The notes under the pieces were generated by a model, which searched no databases, was not told the origin of the DNA, and saw only the letters and a program-made list of their open reading frames with translations. From NCBI GenBank assembly GCA_963806185.1, contig CAWDXE010000004.1, forward strand, positions 32,001-96,000: a DNA stretch of 64,000 nucleotides, read 5' to 3'. The first letter of the stretch is position 1, and each line of letters starts with the position of its first letter. Source of the stretch: an uncultured candidate division Zixibacteria bacterium. Lineage in GTDB: Bacteria > Zixibacteria > MSB-5A5 > GN15 > FEB-12. The position numbers were made by a program, and so were the translations under genes. This document shows positions 18,826 to 28,938 of the stretch, in pieces.

Positions 18826-19465
18826 GCGACTCCTTCGGGTGGACCGCGGCGTGCGGCAGTACTCCACGCCGACCGAAGAATCGGCCAAAGGTGATGCGAC
18901 TGCAGAAGAATAGGAAGCAGTGCCGGATCTTGCCGAGCGGTACGTAGATTAACATGAGCGCGGTCAGAATGAGGAACGAAGTGGTGAACTGAGGAAATGC
19001 CGGCACCAGGGCGGAGCCGATCACGAAGAGTGTGACCAGCAGGTTGGATATGACATCATCGGGCGTGCTGATCGCACGCAGTGCAAGGGTGGTGGCTCGT
19101 TTGACGAGCAGGCCAATTCCGCAGGCGGCGCCGATGATTGCGAGAATGAGCAGGACAAGCCTGGTCGTCTGTTCAATTGTGATTCCCGCCATGACGAACA
19201 CCAGCACCACAAACGCGGCGGCGATGCCTAGATGATATGTCACGCCGGCAAAGTAAGTCCCCAGATGCTGCCACGCACTCTCCTTGGCCCACGGCATCAT
19301 CCCCGCCAGCAGGGCATATTGCATTCCCTGCCATTCGCTGCCGGTCGCCGGGGCAAAGCGGCGACGTTGCCCAAAGCGAAGAGTCGTCCAGATGGTCGTC
19401 ACCAATCCGCCGAAAGCAAACAGCGCCGCGGCAATTACCACAAATGTGAGCCAGAGTGGAATCAT
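18812..19465 (-). CDS. DsrM/NarI-like membrane cytochrome b subunit
   Basis: About five TM helices; YHLGI, LRAISTPDD, YVPLGKIRH; lies between dsrC and the dsrK-like gene. Confidence 0.75.
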   Translation of the reverse strand: MIPLWLTFVVIAAALFAFGGLVTTIWTTLRFGQRRRFAPATGSEWQGMQYALLAGMMPWAKESAWQHLGTYFAGVTYHLGIAAAFVVLVFVMAGITIEQTTRLVLLILAIIGAACGIGLLVKRATTLALRAISTPDDVISNLLVTLFVIGSALVPAFPQFTTSFLILTALMLIYVPLGKIRHCFLFFCSRITFGRFFGRRGVLPHAAVHPKESHVSR

Positions 19466-19474
19466 TCGTTGTGC

Positions 19475-19795
19475 TTACACGCACCCGTCAGGTTTGGGAA
19501 GCCCCGCTAGTTTGCATGCCCCTTTGGCCGGACCGGAAGGGAATAATTCGTAAATGCGCTTCAACGGCAGGCCGGTACTCTTGCAGACCGCCCGCACCAT
19601 TGGCGCCATGTTGGTTTCAACGTAATGCTTGCGGATAAACTCAATGACCGCCCAGTGTTCCGCCGTCAGCATTTCCAGCCCTTCCTGCGCTTTGGCCAGT
19701 TCGACCGCCACCTCTTTACTCCAGGCATTGGGGTCGGTGAGAAACCCCTCTTCATTCAGCGTAAGTTGTTGTCCCTTAACGTCAATATGGGTCAT
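19475..19795 (-). CDS. dsrC: DsrC/TusE family sulfur-carrier protein with both C-terminal cysteines (CX10C)
   Basis: EEGFL, EHWAVIEFIR, YELFPSGPAKGACKLAGLPKPDGCV; GGAGGT RBS; 106 aa. Confidence 0.9.
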   Translation of the reverse strand: MTHIDVKGQQLTLNEEGFLTDPNAWSKEVAVELAKAQEGLEMLTAEHWAVIEFIRKHYVETNMAPMVRAVCKSTGLPLKRIYELFPSGPAKGACKLAGLPKPDGCV

Positions 19796-19825
19796 TGTCA
19801 ATACCTCCACATTCAAATCTCCGGT

Positions 19826-19855
19826 AATATAGTCTCTTTTTGCCCGAAAAGGCAA
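19826..19855 (-). promoter_or_regulatory. Candidate sigma70-type promoter of the dsrC operon
   Basis: TTGCCT-18 nt-TATATT on the minus strand. Confidence 0.45.
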
Positions 19856-19946
19856 CGTTTTCATCCACAATGAGGAAATGGCCCGGCATATTATGCAGAA
19901 GATCGGCTGGTTGGCGAAGGGTTCATGTAACTTGGAGTCTGGTATT

Positions 19947-20777
19947 ATGCACATTATCGATCTCACTCCAGACTATCTGGCGGCCATGACCAATAGGCGG
20001 AGTTTCAAAGAGTACGAAGCCCTCTTCCCGGAACTCTTCGATCACTACTTCCAGTTCTGGTGTCCTCGTACCCATGCTTTCGCTGAATTGACGAATGACG
20101 AAATCGACCGCCGAGTCAATCGAGTAAGAAACGTTCTGCTGCAAATCGAAAGCAGATTTTGCAACATCGGACTCGACCTGACGCAAATGCAAATCGTCCT
20201 CTTTGTCGGCGGCAATACCTCAAACGGTCATGCCTTCATGAGAGCCAATCAGCCCATCGTCTGGCTGCCTGTCGAAACCTATGCCACTGACCACCGGGCG
20301 CTGATCTTCATCGCCCATGAAATCATCCACGGTCTTCACTATGCCGCTGCTCCCGAGTTCATGTTTTCCGACGTTGAATCAAAGAACGACATCGGGCGGC
20401 AACTCATCACTGAAGGGCTGGCGACCTATCTCACCACGACAATTCTGAACGTCGCGGAGCTGCACGCGTTATGGGCAGACTATCTCTCTGAGTCCGAGGC
20501 TTCCAGATGGCTGGCTGATTGCCGCGAGCAATATCCGGCGCTTGCCGAGTGGTTTCTCAATCACTTTCACGAAAGCATCCTGGGATGTGAGATCTTTCAG
20601 GCCAACGGCCCGACTGATATTTGGCGGCATCGCGCCGGCTATTATGTAGGCTTGGACGTCGTGCGCGCGATTGCCGAACGCCGGCGCTGTTCGGCGAGTG
20701 GGCTGTTGGAAATACCGCGTGGGGAGTTTGAGGAAGAAGTGATCGAGCAGTTGAAGCAGGCTCGATCGTCTCAATGA
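19947..20777 (+). CDS. DUF2268-like putative Zn-dependent protease
   Basis: HEIIH, EGLA, AGYYVG motifs; GGAG RBS. Confidence 0.75.
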   Translation: MHIIDLTPDYLAAMTNRRSFKEYEALFPELFDHYFQFWCPRTHAFAELTNDEIDRRVNRVRNVLLQIESRFCNIGLDLTQMQIVLFVGGNTSNGHAFMRANQPIVWLPVETYATDHRALIFIAHEIIHGLHYAAAPEFMFSDVESKNDIGRQLITEGLATYLTTTILNVAELHALWADYLSESEASRWLADCREQYPALAEWFLNHFHESILGCEIFQANGPTDIWRHRAGYYVGLDVVRAIAERRRCSASGLLEIPRGEFEEEVIEQLKQARSSQ

Positions 20778-20811
20778 GACAACGAGAGATGCAAGATCAT
20801 TCGGGACCACT

Positions 20812-22335
20812 TTACTGCGGTACAATGTACTTGGCTCGAATCTCCGGCTGATGCTCCCTGAACCAGACCGTCCACTCCTTGGCGGTCGTGTAATCAAGAT
20901 TTGTTTCCTGTTTCAACACGGCCAGTGCCTTGGCACGTTCTTCATCTGTGGCAATCCAGAGCAGGTTCACACATTGCTCGATGAGCAGGTAGCGGCGCTT
21001 GGATTCCCATATCTCGCGAAAGTGGTAAGCGCGCTCGAAACTCGATCCGATCTCATACCGGGGTTCATCGAGTGCTCGAGCTACCCAAAAGCCATACGAA
21101 ACGAGCGACCTCTCTTTGGCCCGCGATAGAGTAGTCGATCTGGCGGAGAATCGGCTCCCCGCTCTCCATGTCGGCGACAACGTCGAGCTTGTGCGAATTG
21201 AACCATTTGTGCAGTCTCGCGGCCAATTCCATCTGGCCTTCGTGAGATGCCGCCTGCACGAAATCAATAGAATCACCCGACATCATCATCAAGTAGTTGA
21301 AACACTCACCATGCTTTGCTCGATTGAAATCCGTCTCGGATAAGTTCATGCTGTCGAGGCTGGACAGCATGAGTTTCGTTACGTATGCCGATCGCAGCCA
21401 AGCTGATCGATTTCTGGTAGGGGAGGTGTTCTGCCATGATAAATCAAGCCGTCATACCCGGCATGCCGATCCTTTCTCTCGAACGACGGCGGCATGTTGC
21501 GCATGTCGAATCCGTAGCTGGATTCCGGCGCCCGCCAGATGGCCGCAACAGAGTCATCGGCCGATGCCTGCTGGATCGTCCGAAATCCGCCGCTATCCGC
21601 ATACCGCTCATTCAGGTAATGGCCGAGATAATACCCCTCGGCATTCGCCTCGCCGCCGTGCTTCAAGGTACGAGTCTTTGACAGATGTGCCGCCCCGTAG
21701 AAAATCAGTGCCTTGAAATCAGGTTTCGACTCGAGTTGGCTGACTATTTGGCTCGACAAATATTCATCCCTCTCGTAGAAGAAGAAGCTGTCTCGCTTGG
21801 CCAGGGTCCAGTCTGTTGTCTCAATCGTCTTCTCGGGGCCAAATATGTCAAATGCGACTCGTGTCTGCGGCGAAGCAACAGCATTGTGCGCCGCCACTCG
21901 CTGCCAAAAGTCACGCAAGTCGGAATAGTACTCCAAGTGACTGGTTGTGAATTGATCCGCTACCGGCGGCTCGATGAAATAGTCTGAGATATCCCCTGAC
22001 TGGAAAAAGCGCTTGAGGTTCTCGACGTCTCGTGAGTCCCTCTCAAGAATCAGGAGCAGGTGGCGCGGAATGTTGTCGATCGGGCTTTGGCTCTCTTCCA
22101 CCTGGTCAAGCCAGTGGTTGAGCGCCTTGATAACGCCTTGCATGTAGAGCGAAGAACCGTGGTGCGAGTCGGACAGCATCACCACCCGGTTGGACTTCAG
22201 TTGCTCAAGAAGAAACTGATTTACATCAGGATCGCAGTTCTCCTTGACGATTCGCGCAAATTCTTCATCGGATACTTGCCCTCCGCAACTTACAAGCAAT
22301 ACGATGATACATGTGAAGTATGCCAGTTTGTGCAT
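20812..22335 (-). pseudogene. Lipoprotein with ChaN/EreA-like (TIKI-fold) N-terminal domain, split into three ORFs by two opposing frameshifts
   Basis: Lipobox LVSC; VVMLSDSHHG, ERDEYL, FYGAAH. Coding continues through the 21065-21370 frame and returns to the original frame (20812-21276 ORF). Possibly an assembly artefact. Confidence 0.6.
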
Positions 22336-22421
22336 GGGCCTCCTCGGCTGATTCTGAATGTCTCACCCGAATACCGATTACGACTGGAGAAAGATGCACC
22401 GGAATGGCGATGATGCACAAG

Positions 22422-22451
22422 AAAAAAGCGGGACCGTCACCAGTCCCGCTT
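22422..22451 (-). terminator. Intrinsic terminator after the POT transporter
   Basis: AAGCGGGAC-8 nt-GTCCCGCTT followed by a T-run on the minus strand. Confidence 0.75.
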
Positions 22452-22476
22452 CAATCACCAATTTCATAATTAGGAA

Positions 22477-23823
22477 TTAGGTCGTTGCCTTCACACTATT
22501 CCCCTTCGCGCTGTGTACAAACCGCTTGCCCACAAAGTAGAACGCTACGCCAACCAACGCCATCATGGCTGTCATGATGCCGAAATATGGTCCCGGCTCC
22601 ATCTTGTCGTACAGGTGCACGAATATCCCGGCCAGCAAATTCCCGAGAAACACCGTGCAGAGCCAGATACCCGTGATCATCGACTTCATCCGGTCAGGCG
22701 CCTCCTCAAATGCCAACTGCAGGCCCACCACCGAAATACAGAGTTCGGCCGCCGTGAGCAGTATGTACGCCAAAACCTCCCACAGAATCGAGACCTTGCT
22801 CGAAAGGCCCACGAAACCGGCCACCGACATCAGTCCCATGCACATGATGACAAGGAGAAACCCAATCAGCATCTTGTGCGGCGACGGCAGGCGATGCGTC
22901 TCATCCCGGTCAGTGCGCGACCAGATCCACGCGAACAGCGGTGTCATGATGACAATCAGGAAGGGATTGGCCGCCTGGATGGCGTCCGGAGGAATTCTCG
23001 TTGCCCAGCCAAAGATGTTCACGTCGAGAAACATGTAGTCGCGAGCAAACAGCGTCCAGGTCGTCGCCGATTGATCGAAGATCGACCAAAAGAAAACGAC
23101 CAGAACAAACAAACCGGAGAGACGGCCAAGTGTCCGGAGATCCTCCGACCGTTCCTGCGGCGTCTGTTTCGTGCGCTGTACTTGTCGAACGTCTTCCTTT
23201 GGGTAATACTTTTTTCCGAAGTAGAATATGCCGAGCGAAACAACCATCAGGATCGTCGGCGCCATGAAGGCAGTGCCGTAACCATAACGATCACGAATAA
23301 ACGGCAACGTCGCGGTGGTGGCAAATGCTCCGACATTGATCGCCATATAGAACCATGAGAAGGCCTGGGTCAAGAGGTGCGACTTGCCTTCCTTCTGGTA
23401 CATCAGCCCCATGAGTGTGCTGATATTGGGTTTGATGGTTCCCGAGCCGCCGGCGAGCAGAAGGAGCGCCGTGTACAGCCCCACTTGATTATTGAACGAC
23501 CCGAGAATGACATGGCCGAGGATGTAGGGGATGGCGAAATACATGATCGTCTTGAACTTCCCCAGGTAGTGATCGGCGATGTACCCACCGACGATAGGCA
23601 GGATGTAGGCGCACGCGGTGAACAGGTTCACTACAAATCCGCTATTGGCGTCAGTGTAGCCGATCACGTTCACCATGTACAGCAGCAACAGCGTCTTCAT
23701 GCCATAGAAACTGGCCCGCTCGGCTAACTCGCCCCAGAAAATGAACCAGAATCCTTTGGGATGACGGTTGTGGTCGGCTGATATCTGTCTTTCAGCGGCT
23801 GCCGCCGCGGGAGCAGCTTTCAT
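22477..23823 (-). CDS. Proton-dependent oligopeptide transporter (POT/PTR family, MFS)
   Basis: ELAERASFYGM (ExxER motif), GGYIADHYLG, IKPNIS, FYMAINVGA, AELCIS. Confidence 0.93.
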   Translation of the reverse strand: MKAAPAAAAAERQISADHNRHPKGFWFIFWGELAERASFYGMKTLLLLYMVNVIGYTDANSGFVVNLFTACAYILPIVGGYIADHYLGKFKTIMYFAIPYILGHVILGSFNNQVGLYTALLLLAGGSGTIKPNISTLMGLMYQKEGKSHLLTQAFSWFYMAINVGAFATTATLPFIRDRYGYGTAFMAPTILMVVSLGIFYFGKKYYPKEDVRQVQRTKQTPQERSEDLRTLGRLSGLFVLVVFFWSIFDQSATTWTLFARDYMFLDVNIFGWATRIPPDAIQAANPFLIVIMTPLFAWIWSRTDRDETHRLPSPHKMLIGFLLVIMCMGLMSVAGFVGLSSKVSILWEVLAYILLTAAELCISVVGLQLAFEEAPDRMKSMITGIWLCTVFLGNLLAGIFVHLYDKMEPGPYFGIMTAMMALVGVAFYFVGKRFVHSAKGNSVKATT

Positions 23824-23891
23824 ACGCCAATCCTCCAGAGTCCATTACAATGTGAATCACCATTATCGTCACAATTTGCGCTCATGCGTGG

Positions 23892-26800
23892 TCAATCTCC
23901 GAGGCACGAATTACTCAGCCCAATCGTCGAACTGCCGTCGAAATGCGGCCCCTTCGGCAGGGCCTTGTGCACCGGGTAAAGTTCCTCAAGCGTTCGCGCG
24001 TCATACATGCGCCCGTTGATCATCGTGTAATCAATATTCTCCGATTGTCGGATATCCTTCAGCGGATTGCCGTCGATCACGATCAGATCCGCCAGCAGAC
24101 CTTTCTGAATGCTCCCCAGTTCCTTGTCCATCCCGATCGCCCGCGCCCCGCGCCAGGTGGCGCACTGCAACGCCTCATGATTTGTCATCCCGCCCTGTTG
24201 CAGCATCCAGAGCTCCCAGTGCGCTCCCAGCCCCTGAAGCTGGCCATGGGCGCCCAGTTCGACATTCCCGCCATGACGCAGGATATCCGTGGCCGTCTTG
24301 GCCAGAGCGAAATGATGATACTGATCCTCCGGCGCCATCGTCCGGCGCATTGATCTCGGATCGACAACCGAGCGAGGGACGAAAGTCATCAAGCGCTTGT
24401 TCTCCCAGACATTGTTGTGCTGATACCAGTAGTTCTCGCCCCAGAGGCCGCCATACCCGACGATCAACGTCGGCGTGTACCCGGTGCCGGACCGGCCCAT
24501 AAGCTGAAGTTCGGGTTCGTAGAGCGGCGCCACAGGGAACGGATGCTCCAGGGTCGTCTGACCATCAAGTACCATCGTCAGCATATGGTTGAGCGTCGAT
24601 CCGCCTTCCGGTACCACCATCGTGTTCAATTCGCTCGCCGCTTTGATGATCATTTGCCGTTGTTCTCGACGCGGCTGATTGTAGCTCTTCACCGAGATCG
24701 CCCCCCAGGCGATTGTCCGCTTCACCGCGCTGACCGCATCGTCGTACTTGTCGATGACCGACTTGAAGTCGCCGTCCGCGCCGTACAGAATCGTACCGGT
24801 ACTGAAGACGCGAGGGGAGAGGATCGCCCCCTGCTTTTCCAATTCGGCCATTCCGAAAATCATCTGTGAATTATTACTCGGGTCGTGCATCGTCGTCACG
24901 CCGAACGCCAGGTTGGCTAGATAGCCCCAGCTCTGCTGCGCATACATTCCCGCATTGCTCGATCCGGGGTGCGCGTGAACATCAATCAAGCCCGGCATGA
25001 TCGTCTTACCAGTGACGTCGACGACTGTAGCTCCCGAGGGTACGGCCACCTGATCCTTTGTTCCGACTTCCGCTATCCGATTCCCCTTTATGTGTACGAC
25101 GGCATTGTCGATGACCGACATATCGTTCATCGGCAGCACCCGTCCGCCAACCAGATAGAGATCCGTGTATGGAATGTCCGCCTTCTCCTGCCAGCCGAGG
25201 TTGAGCATCGACTGCTTCGTCACCTTCGACGTATCCTTGTCGTACAGCCCTGCCGGCGTGTTGCTGAACAATTCCGGTCCGAGACTCCACCAGACAGTCT
25301 TGCTGTCGGAGGACCAGGATAGGAAAGTCCCCGCGTCCTTTGACAGCTGCTTGACCGGGAGCCCTTGCATTTGGGGGCCGACTTCCAGCGGTTGATTCAA
25401 CAGTGTAAACGGCGTCACATACGCCTGCCACAGTTCTTCAAAGGCGAGCCATTGTTCGTCCGGCGACAGCCGGAAGTCTACAGCATACTGTGACGTCGCC
25501 AGCACCCGGCGATCCGATCCCAGCAGGTCGATACTCACCAGCGCGGCCTTCTCGCCCTCGCGTGAGTTCAAATAGACTCGCTGACCATCTTTGGAAAAAC
25601 GTGGGCTCTCGCCCTCGCGCGTTAACAACCGCGGCGCCGTTCTGCCGGCGGCGTCGACGAGATAGATGCCCGGATCGGTCTCCCACAACTGCCCGCGATA
25701 CCCGTCGCCCGTGCCGCGATGATATACGATCCAACTACCGTCCGGCGAGAAACTCGCCGAGACATAATGCCCCGGTCGTGCCACAACCGTGCGCTCACTC
25801 CGCCCATCGGCACTCATGACGCGGATCGTCCCGCCACTGGTATCATTCCAGGTCGTGAACATGATCTCCTTGCCGTTTGGGGAGAGAGACGGCGCAAATT
25901 CAAAGTGATCGGTCTGTCGCGTCAGGCGAGATGCCTGCCCGGAGGGGAGAGGGCGACGATAGAGATACCCCAGTGCCTGGAAGACCACTTCGTTTCCAGC
26001 CGGCGTCACCTGTGGCCAACGGATGACCTTGACTGGGAAGGTCTCCCCGCCGATTGTCTGCGGGAATCGAAGCGCCTTCGCTACCACTTGCCTGACGTCC
26101 ACTTGGAACGGAATCTCCGTCGCCGTGCCGGAGGCAACGTTTACTCGCCAGATTTTCCCTTTGGCCCAGATGACAATGTCCTTACCGTCGGGCGTCCAGC
26201 TGAATCCCGGATACACGCCAAATAGCGTCCAGGTTTCCTGTTGATCTTCATCCAAGCTGTCCCATAGCGGGCGCACCTGATTGTTCGCGAGATCGCACAG
26301 CGATAATACGGATTTGGTGCGAACCCGCCGCACAAACGCCATCGTCTTGCCGTCCGGGCTTGTCTCCGGTCGACAGGCCCCCCCGTTGATCTCAATGATA
26401 TTGGTGATCTCATTGGTCTGCAGTTCCAGACGTCGAATGACAAAAATTGTGCCGTTGGGATCCTTGTTATACTGGAAATACGGCCCCGGTGACATGTCCT
26501 CCGACCAATACAGGTATTTGCCGTCCGGCGAGAATATCGGCTCATTGGCGTCCTGCTGATCATTCTTTTTGTGGGTGAGCTGTACTCCCTGGCCGCCTTC
26601 CGGAAATTTGTACATCCACATCTCGCCGGCGCCAAGACTTCGATAGCCGGTAAAATGCTTCTTCGCGACGACATAATTCCCGCTCGGATGCCAGGCTGGA
26701 TTATTGAGCAGTCGAAAACTCTCTTTCGTGATCTGAACCGGATCGCTCCCGTCGGTCTTCATTGTCCATAGATTATCACCACCGGCACGATCACTGACAA

Positions 26801-27143
26801 ACAGTATCCTGCTGCCGTCCGGGCTGAAACGCGGCTGAATGTCGTACGCCAGACCGCCGCTGACCAGAGTTGCCCTTCCGCCGGCAATCGGCATCAGGTA
26901 AATATCACCGAGTAGGTCGAAGACGATTTGTTTGCCGTCGGGGGAGACGTCAACCGTCATCCAGGTCCCTTCGGTCGTCGAAAACGAGATCGTGTCGCTC
27001 GCCACATGGGAGACTGTCACATCCCACTTCGCTTCCGCCGAATCCTTCGGGCCTGTTCCCGTCGAGTCAGCGATTACGTTTCCAGCCGTCATGGCCAGCC
27101 CAAAACAGGTCAGTCGAGTGATAAACCGTCGTGTGGTGTGCAT
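23892..27143 (-). CDS. Secreted amidohydrolase with N-terminal TolB/PD40 beta-propellers
   Basis: Multiple PxFSPDG repeats; MPGLIDVHAH, GAHGQLQG, ADLIVIDGNPL; signal peptide from MHTTRR. Confidence 0.88.
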   Translation of the reverse strand: MHTTRRFITRLTCFGLAMTAGNVIADSTGTGPKDSAEAKWDVTVSHVASDTISFSTTEGTWMTVDVSPDGKQIVFDLLGDIYLMPIAGGRATLVSGGLAYDIQPRFSPDGSRILFVSDRAGGDNLWTMKTDGSDPVQITKESFRLLNNPAWHPSGNYVVAKKHFTGYRSLGAGEMWMYKFPEGGQGVQLTHKKNDQQDANEPIFSPDGKYLYWSEDMSPGPYFQYNKDPNGTIFVIRRLELQTNEITNIIEINGGACRPETSPDGKTMAFVRRVRTKSVLSLCDLANNQVRPLWDSLDEDQQETWTLFGVYPGFSWTPDGKDIVIWAKGKIWRVNVASGTATEIPFQVDVRQVVAKALRFPQTIGGETFPVKVIRWPQVTPAGNEVVFQALGYLYRRPLPSGQASRLTRQTDHFEFAPSLSPNGKEIMFTTWNDTSGGTIRVMSADGRSERTVVARPGHYVSASFSPDGSWIVYHRGTGDGYRGQLWETDPGIYLVDAAGRTAPRLLTREGESPRFSKDGQRVYLNSREGEKAALVSIDLLGSDRRVLATSQYAVDFRLSPDEQWLAFEELWQAYVTPFTLLNQPLEVGPQMQGLPVKQLSKDAGTFLSWSSDSKTVWWSLGPELFSNTPAGLYDKDTSKVTKQSMLNLGWQEKADIPYTDLYLVGGRVLPMNDMSVIDNAVVHIKGNRIAEVGTKDQVAVPSGATVVDVTGKTIMPGLIDVHAHPGSSNAGMYAQQSWGYLANLAFGVTTMHDPSNNSQMIFGMAELEKQGAILSPRVFSTGTILYGADGDFKSVIDKYDDAVSAVKRTIAWGAISVKSYNQPRREQRQMIIKAASELNTMVVPEGGSTLNHMLTMVLDGQTTLEHPFPVAPLYEPELQLMGRSGTGYTPTLIVGYGGLWGENYWYQHNNVWENKRLMTFVPRSVVDPRSMRRTMAPEDQYHHFALAKTATDILRHGGNVELGAHGQLQGLGAHWELWMLQQGGMTNHEALQCATWRGARAIGMDKELGSIQKGLLADLIVIDGNPLKDIRQSENIDYTMINGRMYDARTLEELYPVHKALPKGPHFDGSSTIGLSNSCLGD

Positions 27144-27418
27144 ACAGAGCAACCTCTTGGAGAGTGTCCTCACCGGCCGCCGGCGAGCGTCTAGCCCGAT
27201 CCGGCGACTGGCGCCGCCTTGGATTTCTGACGAACATAATGCCGCCCGACGCGAAACGCAATCTGTCTCTCGGACTGCCATGAATCGGATTGTCGATTAT
27301 TCAACTCGGATCGTGGATTTTGAGGCAGACTTAAAACTTGACAATTCCTTGTCAATGCGCCCATCTCTGAGGTATAGTTGATCTGTCGCACCCTCGCAAC
27401 CAAGGAGCAACAGCGAAA

Positions 27419-27805
27419 ATGCCTATGACATACACTGTTGATTCTGAGCATCAACTGGTTAAGGCTCGAATCTTCGGCGTCCTCGTCGCCGACGATATCA
27501 AGAAGTTCGTGGCCGAACGGTCAACGCGCGAGGAAATTCAGGGCTTCGATATGTTTGTGGATCTGAGCGATGTGGAATCCATCGACTACCAGTCGCCCGC
27601 GCAACTCATCGATATTGTCCGCGTTGCGACGAAAGGTGACAACAAGCATCGGCGGTCGAAAATGGCCATCGTAGTAGGTTCCGATTCCGACTTTGGTTTG
27701 AGTCGCATGTATCAATCCTATCGCGACTCGCAGCCGGGAGCCAATCGCGAACTCCGCATCTTTCGAACGATGGAAGAGGCCATGGCGTGGCTTGGTCAAT
27801 CGTGA
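27419..27805 (+). CDS. STAS/SpoIIAA-like small protein
   Basis: 128 aa; DLS...KMAIV...FGLSRMY...IFRTMEEAMAWL pattern; AAGGAG RBS. Confidence 0.7.
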   Translation: MPMTYTVDSEHQLVKARIFGVLVADDIKKFVAERSTREEIQGFDMFVDLSDVESIDYQSPAQLIDIVRVATKGDNKHRRSKMAIVVGSDSDFGLSRMYQSYRDSQPGANRELRIFRTMEEAMAWLGQS

Positions 27806-27825
27806 AAGATGTCTGATCGCGATCA

Positions 27826-28851
27826 TCAAGTGTATTGAAAGAGGAAGCGCACCAGTCGCTCCGCGACCACCTTACTTCGACACGCCGCCAACGTCCAGTC
27901 GATCATCGCATTGGCTATTCCCGGCGTTCGCCGGGCCAACTCCATCAACTTTTCATGTTGCGCCTTGCGACCCAGCATTTTCCGTACGGCAACCGGACGG
28001 TAGTGCGGATCGAGAATCGTCCTCGCCGCCTCTTGCCCGGAAACAACGGCGTTCGCGATGCCTTCACCGGTCAGCCCCGACGCAAACCCACCGGCATCGC
28101 CAATCAAAAATACGTTATCGAATTGCCATCCGCGATAGTCATACGAAATCGGCCACGACTGTGTGGGGCAGTCACGAACTTGCCATCCCCGCTCTTCGGC
28201 CCAGTGCAGGCAATGCTCGCCGATCGGCCAGGTGTGCTTTGGGTCCATGTCCCGCCCCAAACCGACGAGGGTGTGGTGTTCGTGCGGCACTACCCACCCG
28301 CACCCTAACCCCAGCTTGCGATAATCAAGATACAGCTCGAATCGAGCACTTGTCTGCGGCACCAGGAATTGAAACGTTGTTCCGGTTCGCGTCACGGGAA
28401 TGCCGAGTTTCCGACGTACCATCGAGTTTGAACCGTCTGCGCCAATCAGAAATCGATATGTCACCGGTTCGCCATTCACCAACACGTGTTCTTTGCTGAT
28501 CTGTTTGACCAATGAACCTGTGACTACCTCGGCCCCCGCTCGGGTCGCCGAGGCCAGCATCCGCCGGCCGAGCGTCCCCCGGTCGTACACTGCCAGGTAC
28601 GGATTGTCCAGCGACAAACGATGATGCTGCATTCCTATGAATACACTTATCGAGCTGAACAGCCTGTCCGGTCGCCCGTACGCTTTCTCTGTCCACTCGT
28701 CGTAGGGCAGGAAACCGGCACAGACTTTGGGGCCGACCACCTCATTCTTCTCGATCACGAGCACACTCTTGCCGTGTTGTGCCAACTCCAGGGCCGCGGT
28801 CAGCCCGCCGGGACCGGCGCCGACAATGACAATTTCATACGCCTGACGCAT
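27826..28851 (-). CDS. Geranylgeranyl reductase-family FAD-dependent oxidoreductase
   Basis: GAGPGG, KVCAG, GADGSNS, GDAGGFASGLTGEGI. Confidence 0.85.
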   Translation of the reverse strand: MRQAYEIVIVGAGPGGLTAALELAQHGKSVLVIEKNEVVGPKVCAGFLPYDEWTEKAYGRPDRLFSSISVFIGMQHHRLSLDNPYLAVYDRGTLGRRMLASATRAGAEVVTGSLVKQISKEHVLVNGEPVTYRFLIGADGSNSMVRRKLGIPVTRTGTTFQFLVPQTSARFELYLDYRKLGLGCGWVVPHEHHTLVGLGRDMDPKHTWPIGEHCLHWAEERGWQVRDCPTQSWPISYDYRGWQFDNVFLIGDAGGFASGLTGEGIANAVVSGQEAARTILDPHYRPVAVRKMLGRKAQHEKLMELARRTPGIANAMIDWTLAACRSKVVAERLVRFLFQYT

Positions 28852-28938
28852 AGCCTATGATACCTTGCACCGAGAATTCCGAAAAGGGAAGATTGAGGGT
28901 AGAAAAGTATGATCCCGTCCGAATATATTCGTCCCCGA

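Noticed and set aside
16299..19795. Selenocysteine recoding in the sulfur genes
   Set aside because: No in-frame TGA at conserved Cys positions; all motifs use Cys.
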